From IMG/VR virus record IMGVR_UViG_3300021400_003815: 64,000 bases of DNA. One strand, written 5' to 3'. Shown here piece by piece: positions 27,681-38,400 of this stretch (position 1 is its first letter; every line of letters starts with the position of its first letter). Below the pieces are notes generated by a model. The model searched no databases. It had not been told where the DNA came from and worked only from the letters and a program-made list of their open reading frames with translations. The position numbers and the translations under genes are program-made. This DNA comes from an uncultured virus (IMG/VR IMGVR_UViG_3300021400_003815). Its lineage: Duplodnaviria > Heunggongvirae > Uroviricota > Caudoviricetes.

Positions 27681-29813
27681 TTAATTCTCCTTTTTAATTA
27701 CATCAACACCAGTTCTAAATAGCTTGGAATTAAGTATCTCTTGAGGTACCATAGCCTTTACAATAGCCTTTTCTCCAGTATTCAGCATTATTACACAAAA
27801 TGCAAACTTATATCTATTCTCAATATAGAACTTCTTCTTTTTCTTATTGTACTTTTTAGAACCTTCAGTATATATCAATTTTAAAGGTAGCCTCATCTCA
27901 TCTAGGTTAAGGTCATCACAAAACTTATCCCTTACTCTAGAATCTGGTATGTACCCTACTATATAACCTGTAAGATTATCTCTTATCCTAGTGTTAATCT
28001 TAATATCATTATCAAGTATAGCATTAAGGTCATTAGTTATTATAAAGTTTACATCACCACGCTTACGTCCACCAGTAATAGCATTACCTATAATCTCTTC
28101 AGAACCTTTAATGTCACCCCATCTTTGATACTCTTCCCAAATTTTAACATTACAGCAATGTCTATAATATTTACAGTAGTTAGAAATCTGAATAGTTAAG
28201 TTTGCTACACTCAACTGTTTTAAAGCTAATATTATAGGATCTGATTGTGAAGCAGCTGCACCATTCTGTCCAAAACTGAATACTATTAAACGACAATTCT
28301 TTAAATCTTCAATGTTTATTGGATTCTTAAATGTATCAGACTTAATACCACCCTCTTCAAAGAAAGCTGAACAAGACTCAACTATATTCACAGCTGCTTT
28401 ATGCTTAACATCATCCATGTTATCATCCAAGAACTCCTGAGATGTAACCATGTCACACAGCTCTTCATATATCATCTTAATTCTTAATCCCTTAGACCTA
28501 TGCCATGAGTTTTTATCCTCATAGACTCCATGATCTTCATAAACTCTCTTAATAGCTTCATTTAAGACACTATCTTCCCACTTATCAAGCTCCTCACCAC
28601 CACTTATGATAAGTTTAAAAGTTGAAAGGATACAATCAACAGCTACTTTTTTTAAAGAGTTATCTATAATTGGCTCACCTGTCAAATCACCTATCTCCAT
28701 AGGGTCAAAATAACAACTATCACCATTACCCATTGAAACTCTAACAGCATCATTACTATTTCCTGAATAAACTAAATTTTCTATATTAGTATATTCATCA
28801 CCCTCATAGTCAAGAACTGTTACTACAAAGTCCTCTAACAGCCATGTTAGTAAGTTCTTAACAAACATTGACTTACCACTACCTGTACCACCACATATCA
28901 GTACATTTTCAGGTGCATCAGGGTCTGCTTTAAATTGCTTAAGAACAGGAACATTAGATAGTACATCTATTCCTAATGGTGTACCACCATCTCCTATACG
29001 ACCTTGTCTATAACTATTGAAGTTTGCTAATATATCATCTGTAAGTATCTTCTTTGTAATACGTCTATAAACTTCTTTAGTTGTTCTCATACTTAGTATT
29101 GCAAGCTGTTGTATCCAGTCTATTAAGTTAACTCTAAGTTCTAAAATCTTAATATCATGACTCTTACATAATCTCTTAAGCTTTGTTATGCTTTCGTCCA
29201 TGTTCATCAAAGACTCATTATCTCTTTTACAAGCTATCTCAATTACAAAACTGGTTTTTATTGTAGCCCTCTTCTGGTCTAGCTCAGCCTCATTCAAATA
29301 ACTTGTAGAATCAACTATTCTCTTTCTAGCTAGCATCTCATTACGATTTTTTCTATAATCAAATGCTGAGCTACTCTCTTCCATCTCAGAGAATGATTTC
29401 CAAATAGTCATTCTATTTTTCATCTCTGGAGAATCCCAGTTTATTTTATGAGGCTCACCATATATACTGAAGTTAATTCTTACACCTGGTAATAAACAAT
29501 TTTCTCTTATCATAGAGAACAGATTCTGTTCCAGCCAGTCAGGTAATCCGTTTATCAAGAAGTATTTAATAATAAGCTTCTCAGATGTTATATTACTGAA
29601 CCCTATGTCTATATGAGACCTATCTAATTGCTTATCTGTATCTATTATAGAACTTCCAGCATATAAATTAGCTAGTATCATATCATACATATCAAGCTTA
29701 CCAGCTAATTTAGATTTTTTCTTAATCTTTATTTTACTGTTATTCTCTTTTGCTATACTGTTATTTATATTGTTATTAACAGTATCTTTATTTTTCTTCT
29801 TTTTACCAAACAT
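27681..29813 (-). CDS. VirB4/TraE-like secretion ATPase
   Basis: GTPLGID, NVLICGGTGSGKS, VLDYEGDEY, FDPM, IWEEYQ (Walker B-like), GRKRG. Confidence 0.78.
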   Translation of the reverse strand: MFGKKKKNKDTVNNNINNSIAKENNSKIKIKKKSKLAGKLDMYDMILANLYAGSSIIDTDKQLDRSHIDIGFSNITSEKLIIKYFLINGLPDWLEQNLFSMIRENCLLPGVRINFSIYGEPHKINWDSPEMKNRMTIWKSFSEMEESSSAFDYRKNRNEMLARKRIVDSTSYLNEAELDQKRATIKTSFVIEIACKRDNESLMNMDESITKLKRLCKSHDIKILELRVNLIDWIQQLAILSMRTTKEVYRRITKKILTDDILANFNSYRQGRIGDGGTPLGIDVLSNVPVLKQFKADPDAPENVLICGGTGSGKSMFVKNLLTWLLEDFVVTVLDYEGDEYTNIENLVYSGNSNDAVRVSMGNGDSCYFDPMEIGDLTGEPIIDNSLKKVAVDCILSTFKLIISGGEELDKWEDSVLNEAIKRVYEDHGVYEDKNSWHRSKGLRIKMIYEELCDMVTSQEFLDDNMDDVKHKAAVNIVESCSAFFEEGGIKSDTFKNPINIEDLKNCRLIVFSFGQNGAAASQSDPIILALKQLSVANLTIQISNYCKYYRHCCNVKIWEEYQRWGDIKGSEEIIGNAITGGRKRGDVNFIITNDLNAILDNDIKINTRIRDNLTGYIVGYIPDSRVRDKFCDDLNLDEMRLPLKLIYTEGSKKYNKKKKKFYIENRYKFAFCVIMLNTGEKAIVKAMVPQEILNSKLFRTGVDVIKKEN

Positions 29814-29823
29814 ATAAACCTAC

Positions 29824-31200
29824 TTATCTATTCTTAAGCTCTCTAACATTTATACGCTCAAAAATACTATTTACTATGTTCTGACCTTTTACACAAGGAT
29901 TTTCAATCCTCATATATGTAGCCTGTACCAATGATTTAGATGTACTTAAATGTTTCTTATCAACCTCAGGTATTCCTATAATGCCGTTTCCAATTTCAGG
30001 AGGTCCTATAATATCACTATTAGGAATATTAGGACTGTCATTCTTAAGGTTTTCAAACTCATTCTTACTTGATACTACGTAATATTTTGTTACTATAGCA
30101 CCCTTTACTAAATCATCTTTCATTCTTAACCTATCATATATGATTAAAACATCATAATCACAGTTTACCATATCATTAAGAATGAATGAAGCTGGTTCAA
30201 CAACTACTACTTTCTTATTCATTTTATCCGATAAGAATAAATCTTTTTGTTCATTGTAACCTCTAGCATCCACACAGTTCAAAGGTTTGTAAATATTGAA
30301 ATTAGAATTATTATCATAGATTAATAACTTTACTCTAAGTCTTTCTTTACCACTTAACAGCTCTACTAGGGTATCTACAAACGTATTTATATATCTCAGC
30401 TTGCTTATCTCTTTAAAATATAGTATTGAACCAACTCTAACTTTTCTAGTTAATAAATCTATTGTATCATACTTTATTAAAGCTGCATTAGTATTTGAAG
30501 CTGTGTTAGCTAACTTCTTATACTTAGATACTTCTTCATTAGCTTCTGTCAAAGAGTTCTTTAACTGATTAATCTTAAACTTACTATCATTTATTGTATG
30601 CTCTTTCTCTTCAATCTCAGCATCTTTACTCTTTAAATCAGCTCTAAGCTTTCCAACTGTGTTATTAAAAGCTTGACTTGAAGCATCTGTAACCTGTCTC
30701 ATATAATCCATAGTATTTACTACTGACTCAACTATGTTTATATTTTCAGCCAACAGCTTATTATTATCTTCAAAATTTCCTTTCGTTATATTACTAGAAA
30801 TTTCAGTCAACAGCTCATTAACTTTTCCACCAGAGGCTACATCTTTATCTATAAATGTCTCAACCTCTTCAAAACCAGGATTTCTATTTAGTATTGTAGA
30901 TATGTAATTGTTATCAACAATACTAAAATCTTCCAGTCTGTATATATCATATTTATTATATGATACCATCAGCATACATATCTGCTTACGAATCCTAGAC
31001 TTATCGCCATCTAATAGAACAACAACCTTATTATTATTGACTATCAGATTCTTTACTGTACAATAATATTCATACAGTTTAGCATTTGATTCATTGTCAA
31101 GCTTTACAATAACTGTAGAATCCCTTAAACTATCTAGTTCTGTATCCTCAATACTCTTTTTACTATAGTCATCTAAATCTATATTAACTGAATAATTCAT
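29824..31200 (-). CDS. Hypothetical protein with central coiled coil
   Basis: 458-aa ORF tightly packed in the cluster; heptad-like region at about aa 175-235. Confidence 0.7.
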   Translation of the reverse strand: MNYSVNIDLDDYSKKSIEDTELDSLRDSTVIVKLDNESNAKLYEYYCTVKNLIVNNNKVVVLLDGDKSRIRKQICMLMVSYNKYDIYRLEDFSIVDNNYISTILNRNPGFEEVETFIDKDVASGGKVNELLTEISSNITKGNFEDNNKLLAENINIVESVVNTMDYMRQVTDASSQAFNNTVGKLRADLKSKDAEIEEKEHTINDSKFKINQLKNSLTEANEEVSKYKKLANTASNTNAALIKYDTIDLLTRKVRVGSILYFKEISKLRYINTFVDTLVELLSGKERLRVKLLIYDNNSNFNIYKPLNCVDARGYNEQKDLFLSDKMNKKVVVVEPASFILNDMVNCDYDVLIIYDRLRMKDDLVKGAIVTKYYVVSSKNEFENLKNDSPNIPNSDIIGPPEIGNGIIGIPEVDKKHLSTSKSLVQATYMRIENPCVKGQNIVNSIFERINVRELKNR

Positions 31201-31215
31201 ATTTTATCTTGCTCC

Positions 31216-33960
31216 TTAATAATTCTCAAGTATTGACCTTAAAACATTCAGATATAATTTCATTCCCTCAGGAGTATCACTTATAAACTTCTTGCTAAAC
31301 ATGAAATCTTCAAATCTCTCATCAGAAGGTATTGTATTTATTATGTGCATCTTATAAAATTCCTGTGAATATCCTGTTATGTTATACACAATCTCATCAA
31401 TGCTCTTAAGCATCTGAACTGGTGTAGGATTTTTCTTACCTAGCACATATTTATGTTTTACATACTTATTAAATATAATACCTGCTCTATTAAATAATAA
31501 CTCACGTACCTTAACATCTTCAACGTTACATAACATCATCATAAACTCAATCAAGTCTTTGCTATCTGGCTCCAAATCAAGTACAATGTTATCTATGTTA
31601 AGAGCTATATCCTTAAAATCTCTGATTAACTTTTCAAAAGGACAGTCAAATATTACAAAATCATACTGACCTTTAGCTGTATAAAGGAAATCTCTTATGT
31701 TTCTTGGATCCCTAACTACATCCTCAAGCTTCTGTAAATCTACTCCAAGACCAGTTGTTAATACATTGTAACCTTCCTTAACTGGCATTGTGTAACCTAT
31801 AAGGTCTCCACTCTTATTATTTAAAGCATATCTTAAACCATTCATATTAGGGTCAGCTTCATGTATATTATTAAATAACTCACTATTTATAATACACTGA
31901 GTTCTTCCATTGTAATCAAGGTCTACAACTAAAACTGTATAGCCATTAACTGCTATTACATTAGCTAAGTTAGCAACCAATGTACTTGTACCACTTTCCT
32001 TAGTTCCAGAACATACTATTGTATTTCCTCTTGACTTATATGCTCTTAATAACTCAACTATTCTAGCCTTATCATCATTTGCTGAGTTATTATTCATTTG
32101 TCCTGCAGGACTAGGAACTCTATTAACCTGATTATTTACATTAGGTACAGCTGGTCTATTATTTACAGGAGCTCCAGGTCTCTGAACACCAGGTCTTGGA
32201 ACACTAGGTCTCTGTACTGCATTATTTACTGGAACATTATTATTTACAGGAGCCCCAGGTCTTTGTGCATCAGGTCTCTGTACACCAGGTCTTGGAACTG
32301 GTTGCTTATTCTTTCTACCAAATAAACTGAAACCTTTCTTTTTAGGAGGTGCTTGATTTACAACTGTAGGTACATTAGCATTAACATTAGCATTAACATT
32401 ATTAGGTATGTTATTATTCTCAACCTCATTTGCATTTCCAAAATCATCTACATTTCCAAAATCATTACTCTCACTATTATTACTACTTGTATCATCAATA
32501 TCCAGTAAGTCAGCTTCATTCATTTCATCTGCATTTTCTGAATGTTTATTGACTTCATTGCTTACATCATTTGACTCATCAAACAAATCTGAGTTATCTA
32601 TACCTTGATTATCTGACTCATTACTTGAACTTTCAAAACCAAAATCATCAAGACTAGCTTCTTTATCAATATCAAGCTCTGAATCACTCATTCCAAAGTT
32701 GTCATTCATATCGCTTGAGTCGTCTAAACCAAAATCATCTGAGCTATCTGATGAACCAGTGTCAAGTCCAAAATCATCTGAACCATCAAAACCAAAATCA
32801 TCTGAACCACTTTCATTACTTGGTGTATCTAAACCAAAATCATCTGATTCTGAACCATCTAAACCAAAATCATCACTGTCTGCTTTTCCATTACTTGGTG
32901 TATCTAAACTAAAATCACCTGAGTCTGAACCATCTAAACTATCTAATGAATTATCTGAGTCATCCTCTTTACTTGGTGTATCTAATCCAAAATCATCTGA
33001 ATCACTTGTTTTACTTGGTGCATCTAATTCAAAATCATCAAGTTCATCTGCATTTTCATTTGTACCACCTGAACTCCCATTCAGCTCATCCCCTAAATCT
33101 CCAAACTCATCTCCGAAATTGTCTGAGCTTTTAAGACCATCATTAAGACCATCATCAAGATTATCTCCAAACTCACCTAGTTCATCTGAACTTCCAAATT
33201 CATCTCCAAGCCCATCACCTAAATCATCAAGTCCATCTGAGTTTCCAAATTCATCTGAACCATCTACATCAGATAAATCTCCAAATAAACCTCCTATATC
33301 TCCATTATCTGATGTATTACCAAATTCATCTGATGTATCAGCTCCTGTACTTCCAAAGCCATCTCCATCTAATCCAAAATCATCTGTATTATCAAAACCT
33401 TCACTCTCAAAATTATCAGGTACATCTGCATTTTCAATAGTATCTTCTGAATCTTCATTCTTAAACTCTTCTGAATCTTCAGACTCATATACTAAATCCT
33501 TAGGCTTATACTCTAATCCTCTGAGCTGAACACTCTCATCAATATTATTAATATCAACTGTAACACAACTCTTAAAGAATGATGTTTTAAAAGGAGCATT
33601 TTCCTGATATAATAATACCTTAGCTCTATTACTAATAGAAAATGTTATTCCATATATTAACTCTGCTAAATCCTCATCAGTAGAAATAAATATTATCTCT
33701 TGCTTCTCTAAACCATGTGAAACTATATCAACAAAGTTATCAAGTATATTAGCAATCTCACTTGTATCTTCAATCTCACCGTTATGAGTAATTGACTGCT
33801 GCATTACTATCAATCTATCAAATGTATCTCCTCTATCCAAATAGTCTTTTAGCTCATCCAAATAGTTAAGATTACCTATACTTACTGAAGATTGAAAATG
33901 CTTTATCATTGCATTAGTGATATTTTCAGTCTTTTGACCACCCGATATAATTACTTTCAT
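31216..33960 (-). CDS. ParA/MinD-family (TadZ/CpaE-like) protein: N-terminal alpha/beta domain, long acidic DDFG linker, Pro/Asn-rich segment, degenerate ATPase domain
   Basis: IVCSGTKESGTSTLVANLA, VLVVDLD, YDFVIFDCP, GIIFNKY; the P-loop GK[ST] Lys is replaced. Confidence 0.7.
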   Translation of the reverse strand: MKVIISGGQKTENITNAMIKHFQSSVSIGNLNYLDELKDYLDRGDTFDRLIVMQQSITHNGEIEDTSEIANILDNFVDIVSHGLEKQEIIFISTDEDLAELIYGITFSISNRAKVLLYQENAPFKTSFFKSCVTVDINNIDESVQLRGLEYKPKDLVYESEDSEEFKNEDSEDTIENADVPDNFESEGFDNTDDFGLDGDGFGSTGADTSDEFGNTSDNGDIGGLFGDLSDVDGSDEFGNSDGLDDLGDGLGDEFGSSDELGEFGDNLDDGLNDGLKSSDNFGDEFGDLGDELNGSSGGTNENADELDDFELDAPSKTSDSDDFGLDTPSKEDDSDNSLDSLDGSDSGDFSLDTPSNGKADSDDFGLDGSESDDFGLDTPSNESGSDDFGFDGSDDFGLDTGSSDSSDDFGLDDSSDMNDNFGMSDSELDIDKEASLDDFGFESSSNESDNQGIDNSDLFDESNDVSNEVNKHSENADEMNEADLLDIDDTSSNNSESNDFGNVDDFGNANEVENNNIPNNVNANVNANVPTVVNQAPPKKKGFSLFGRKNKQPVPRPGVQRPDAQRPGAPVNNNVPVNNAVQRPSVPRPGVQRPGAPVNNRPAVPNVNNQVNRVPSPAGQMNNNSANDDKARIVELLRAYKSRGNTIVCSGTKESGTSTLVANLANVIAVNGYTVLVVDLDYNGRTQCIINSELFNNIHEADPNMNGLRYALNNKSGDLIGYTMPVKEGYNVLTTGLGVDLQKLEDVVRDPRNIRDFLYTAKGQYDFVIFDCPFEKLIRDFKDIALNIDNIVLDLEPDSKDLIEFMMMLCNVEDVKVRELLFNRAGIIFNKYVKHKYVLGKKNPTPVQMLKSIDEIVYNITGYSQEFYKMHIINTIPSDERFEDFMFSKKFISDTPEGMKLYLNVLRSILENY

Positions 33961-33979
33961 ATTCTCTTCTGCTCCTTAC

Positions 33980-35326
33980 TTAAAAATCAATAATCTCATC
34001 ATCTTCATTATTGTCTGTATTATTTTCTTCTATGTCTGTTATATCACCTATATCTACTTGTTCAAATGCCTTTTCCTCTTTCTTATGCAATGAGAACTTA
34101 GGTTTATTAACTGCTTTAGTCACTGTTTTCTCTGAATGTACAGGTACAGGTGCTGTTCTCTTTACACTAGGTGCCTTTTCTTTAGTTAAACTTGACTTAT
34201 TTCTTTCTACTGGAGTTTCTTCCTTTTTATTGAAAGCCATTAAATCAATACCCCAATCTTTATTACCCTCATAACTTTCTTTAAACTTATTACTTCCTAA
34301 AGCACTAAGAATAGAAATTTCATTAGGATTAATGCCTTCATTCTTTATATAACTAGCTACATTTTTTATAACCGAAACATCTCTATCCGTTAATTCTACA
34401 ACTCTTCCATTCCTCAAGTGTATTCTCTTTATATTTAGAACTGGTTCCTTATCTATATCTAGCTCTCTAAATACATTTAAGGTAGCTTGATTATAGTCAA
34501 AATATGATACTCCAAATATCTCTTTATGTAATCTTATTATCTCTGAAGCATCTAATATATCATATCCTACATATGCTCCATCTAACAATATAAATGCACA
34601 ATCATTTACATCATCAAGTATATAATCTATTCTCTCAGGCTTATCTGTATAAATTAAGAAGTAATCTGTCTCATACAGAGTTGCTCTTGTTATACTCTTA
34701 ATATATCCTAACTCTACCTCAAGTATCTTTTTAATACTTGGATTTTTCTCTGTAGCTATTAATTTCTCTAAATAAGGTATACGAGTATCATTTCTAGCTT
34801 CTTCCATCATATTTAGCTGAACAAAGTTTAACCCTCTGTTTACTACTTCTCTATAGAAATCAGATAAAGCATCAAAATGATTCTCTCTAAACTCTCTATT
34901 ACGACCTATCATTGACCCACTCTCAGGCTTAAACAAAACTCCAACCTTACCATCAGAGAACATTATTAAATCTCCCTTGAGTGTATGTCTTATATGAGTT
35001 ATATTCCAAAACACATCAGTAGTAGGATTTGAATAAGTGAGCATCTTCTTATACATTTTATAATAGTATTTTTCCTCAAATACTATATATCTGTATATAT
35101 AGATCACAATAGTTAAATATACTAGCGTAAGCACTATCCTGCCCAATATTGTTAAATTATCATTATGTATTAAGTATGGTACAATCACCACAGTAGCTAT
35201 ACTACTTCCAACAATGACCAGTATCTTTAGAGGATTTATAAACTTATCATCATAGTTTCCACCCTCTACGTTCATCGGAATAAACTGCCTGCCTTGTCTG
35301 TCTATTCTACGTCTTTCACTATTCAT
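33980..35326 (-). CDS. Two-TM membrane protein (possible PrgI/TcpE/VirB3-like component)
   Basis: Two N-terminal hydrophobic helices, then a soluble domain; lies upstream of the VirB4-like gene. Confidence 0.5.
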   Translation of the reverse strand: MNSERRRIDRQGRQFIPMNVEGGNYDDKFINPLKILVIVGSSIATVVIVPYLIHNDNLTILGRIVLTLVYLTIVIYIYRYIVFEEKYYYKMYKKMLTYSNPTTDVFWNITHIRHTLKGDLIMFSDGKVGVLFKPESGSMIGRNREFRENHFDALSDFYREVVNRGLNFVQLNMMEEARNDTRIPYLEKLIATEKNPSIKKILEVELGYIKSITRATLYETDYFLIYTDKPERIDYILDDVNDCAFILLDGAYVGYDILDASEIIRLHKEIFGVSYFDYNQATLNVFRELDIDKEPVLNIKRIHLRNGRVVELTDRDVSVIKNVASYIKNEGINPNEISILSALGSNKFKESYEGNKDWGIDLMAFNKKEETPVERNKSSLTKEKAPSVKRTAPVPVHSEKTVTKAVNKPKFSLHKKEEKAFEQVDIGDITDIEENNTDNNEDDEIIDF

Positions 35327-35348
35327 ACTAAATCTCCTATAAAATAAT

Positions 35349-35384
35349 AAGAAGCAAGATAGAATGAACCCTATCTTGCTTCTT
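35349..35384 (-). terminator. Rho-independent terminator
   Basis: AAGAAGCAAGATAG / CTATCTTGCTTCTT 14-bp perfect stem, then ATTATTTT. Confidence 0.7.
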
Positions 35385-35404
35385 CTATCTCAGTTTGGCT
35401 TTAT

Positions 35405-38400
35405 TTAACCTTTATATTCACCACTCTTAGGAGCCTCACTGACAACACCTCCACTTTGTGACTGCCCATTTCCAGCTCCAGACTGTTTGGCTTCGCCATT
35501 CTGAATCATCTTATCTATAGCATCTGAATCTTTCCTACTTGTATCAACTGCATTTACATTTGTATAACCAGATTTACCTTTGTAAGCCTCAGATGTACTA
35601 GCTCCTGAACTACCATCACTAGACTTTCTACTTCTCTTTGAGCTCTTTGTATCATCGTCATCAGACTCACTTGAACTGTTAGCCTTACTCTTACTGAATG
35701 AACTACCAAAACCTGATGAACTACCAAATGGATTAATAGATGAACCACCAGAACTTGATGCACTTGTTTCTTTTGCTCTCTTAGAGAATGACTCTCTAAA
35801 TCTACCTACACCGCTTGCAACTTCTTTAGTTCTTCCTATAACGCCCCTAATCATTGACATATGAGCTTCAAATCCCATATCATCTGGATGTTCCCAGCTG
35901 AATACTATTACTCCTCTAATTATAGCAAATATATAAGCCAAGGTTGCTATAAGCACTACAAACAACTGAACATATACACTTACTACACCAGTAGACTTAC
36001 TTAATATATTAGCCTTATGTAATACTTCATCAGGTGCAGATACAACCATCAAGAAACTAAATACTGAATAATAAAGAACCGTCATTATACCGTATTTTAT
36101 ATAAGTAAACAGAGTTCCTAATAAAACTGTAGCCTTACCTTCATTACTAATTGTCTTTACTATAAGTCTATGTAACAACATTATAGTCAATACTGCTACA
36201 GCTAAATCTCTAAAGAACATCAGAAGAGATCCTATAAGTAATGCATCAAGCAATAATACTATTGCTGCAAGCAATCCTGATGTACTTAATACTCCTATTA
36301 CAGTACTACTTGTAGTTACAGGAGCATTTGTAGCTGACAATACTATTAATTTCATTACAGCATCAAATGATAAGTTTCTTAGGTCTAAATTCACAGGATA
36401 TAACTGAGCCCTAGATGTTAAACTATTTCCACCAGAGAACTCTTTATTGAAGTTCATACTAGCTATCAATGCCATCTGTCTATATAGAACTTCAGCCTTC
36501 ATATTATTTACATTTGCATAATTAAGAAGAAGTGTCCAATCCTCTTCAGTAGCTGCATTTACCTTAAGTATTGAAGTCTCTACATTTGATAAATCTTTCT
36601 CTGTAAGCCCCATTTTCTCCATTTGAGCTTCACTAAATACCATATCACGATATTTAGAATAGTTACTAGGATCTAATCCACCATTTATAGTAGCTCTTAA
36701 ATGCTTTCCATCTGCATCTATATAGCCTATGGTTTGTTTACCAGCATAATATCTATTTTCTACTATCTTAGTAACCCAGTTACATCTAAATAACCAATAC
36801 TTCTTATTGTCTTTATATACTGGATAATCAGTTCCTAAATAACCATCCCCAAGTATACCAGTTCCATCATCATTGCCTGCTGTTAATACCTGTAGATTAT
36901 ACATATAAGGAATTACATTTGTAAACATTTCCTGCATATCAAGGAAGTCCTTAATCTGACCATTTGTATAATCAATCATAAATGACTTATGAGTATTTTC
37001 CATCTGTCTACCAAATCTATCTACATAGATCTGATCTGTTTCTTCACCATACTCATCTCTAACATATACAGTTCCTACTCTACCTTGTAGTAGATAAATT
37101 AACTGACCTAATGACTGACTCAAATCAAAACTATCCTTAACTGATGCATAGAAATAAGGAATAGTATTTTCAGTCATCCATGTGTAACCAAACTCTTGTT
37201 GAACTGGATTATTATAAAAATTATAATTACTAATATCGTTTACATAAGTATCAAAGTATTTATTCTTAAAGAAATCAAACCTTGAATTACTACTATTACT
37301 CTTTATATACTCAGCATATTTATTCCAAGTCTCTGTGTTTAATTCCTCACTTCCTGTCACTGCAACAGGGTCAGGTATATCCAATCCTGTATGTCCAAGT
37401 AAATAGAAATATGTATGAACATTACTTGTATCATCTTTAATTCTACTCTTAGCATGATGGTCATAATTTATACCTACAATGTCATTATCATCTATTGATG
37501 TATCCTTATATCCCTCAAACATAGCTTTCTTTGTATCTACTGAAGCTATATCCTTTCCAGACATTGTATTTGACTCACCAGGCTCCATAGACTTGATTAA
37601 GTCAGCTTCTATATTATTGTTATTCTCTATATCTTGAATTATAGATGTATCAGTATTGCTATCTCTATAATACCAATAGATACTCATTGCATTTCTAAGT
37701 GCATCGCCAACTGGAACACTTACATAATCAGCTTTACCGTTCTGTTGACTCACTTGCCTGAGTAGAACTGGTAATAGCCACTGAGTAGATTTTAATCTCT
37801 GTAACTCACTATAATCAATTCCCTCAATATTCTCAACTATCTTCTTACTGATATCATTCTTTATAAACAATGTTCTATCTAACTGATTTAGACTTAGCAT
37901 CTTTATATAGCTGTCTACCTCAGCCGCGTCAGCATCATCCTCAGCTCCTACAGATTTACTTGTAACCTGCTGATTAGATATTTCTTGAGATACTGACCAA
38001 TATGTTTCATAAGGGCTAAACATTCCCTGTACTATGTTATTACATACATAAGGAAGCATATCAACTGTAACTGGAAGCATTAATGATGCTATTAACATTA
38101 ACAATACACCACCAAAGATGCCACCTAAACCTTTACCTGATAATATACTGAATCCAGTTGATAATAACAGTACTACTAAAATAACTAATACTATATTCTG
38201 AACGTAGAACTTAGCTAATATACCTACAATTACATTCTCATATATAGAATGCATTTTTAAGAAATTGCTCTGACTATTTGTACTAACTGTACCAGATTTA
38301 ACACTATCAGAACCAAATGCTATTCTATTGTACTCAGTAACTATAAACTGCTCTAAGAAATTATCTACAAGTTCCTGCCTATACTCTTTACCTGCTTGAG

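Noticed and set aside
25050..29813. Type VII secretion (EssC) interpretation of the FtsK-like gene
   Set aside because: Single ATPase domain, no WXG100 genes seen, and the neighbour is VirB4-like
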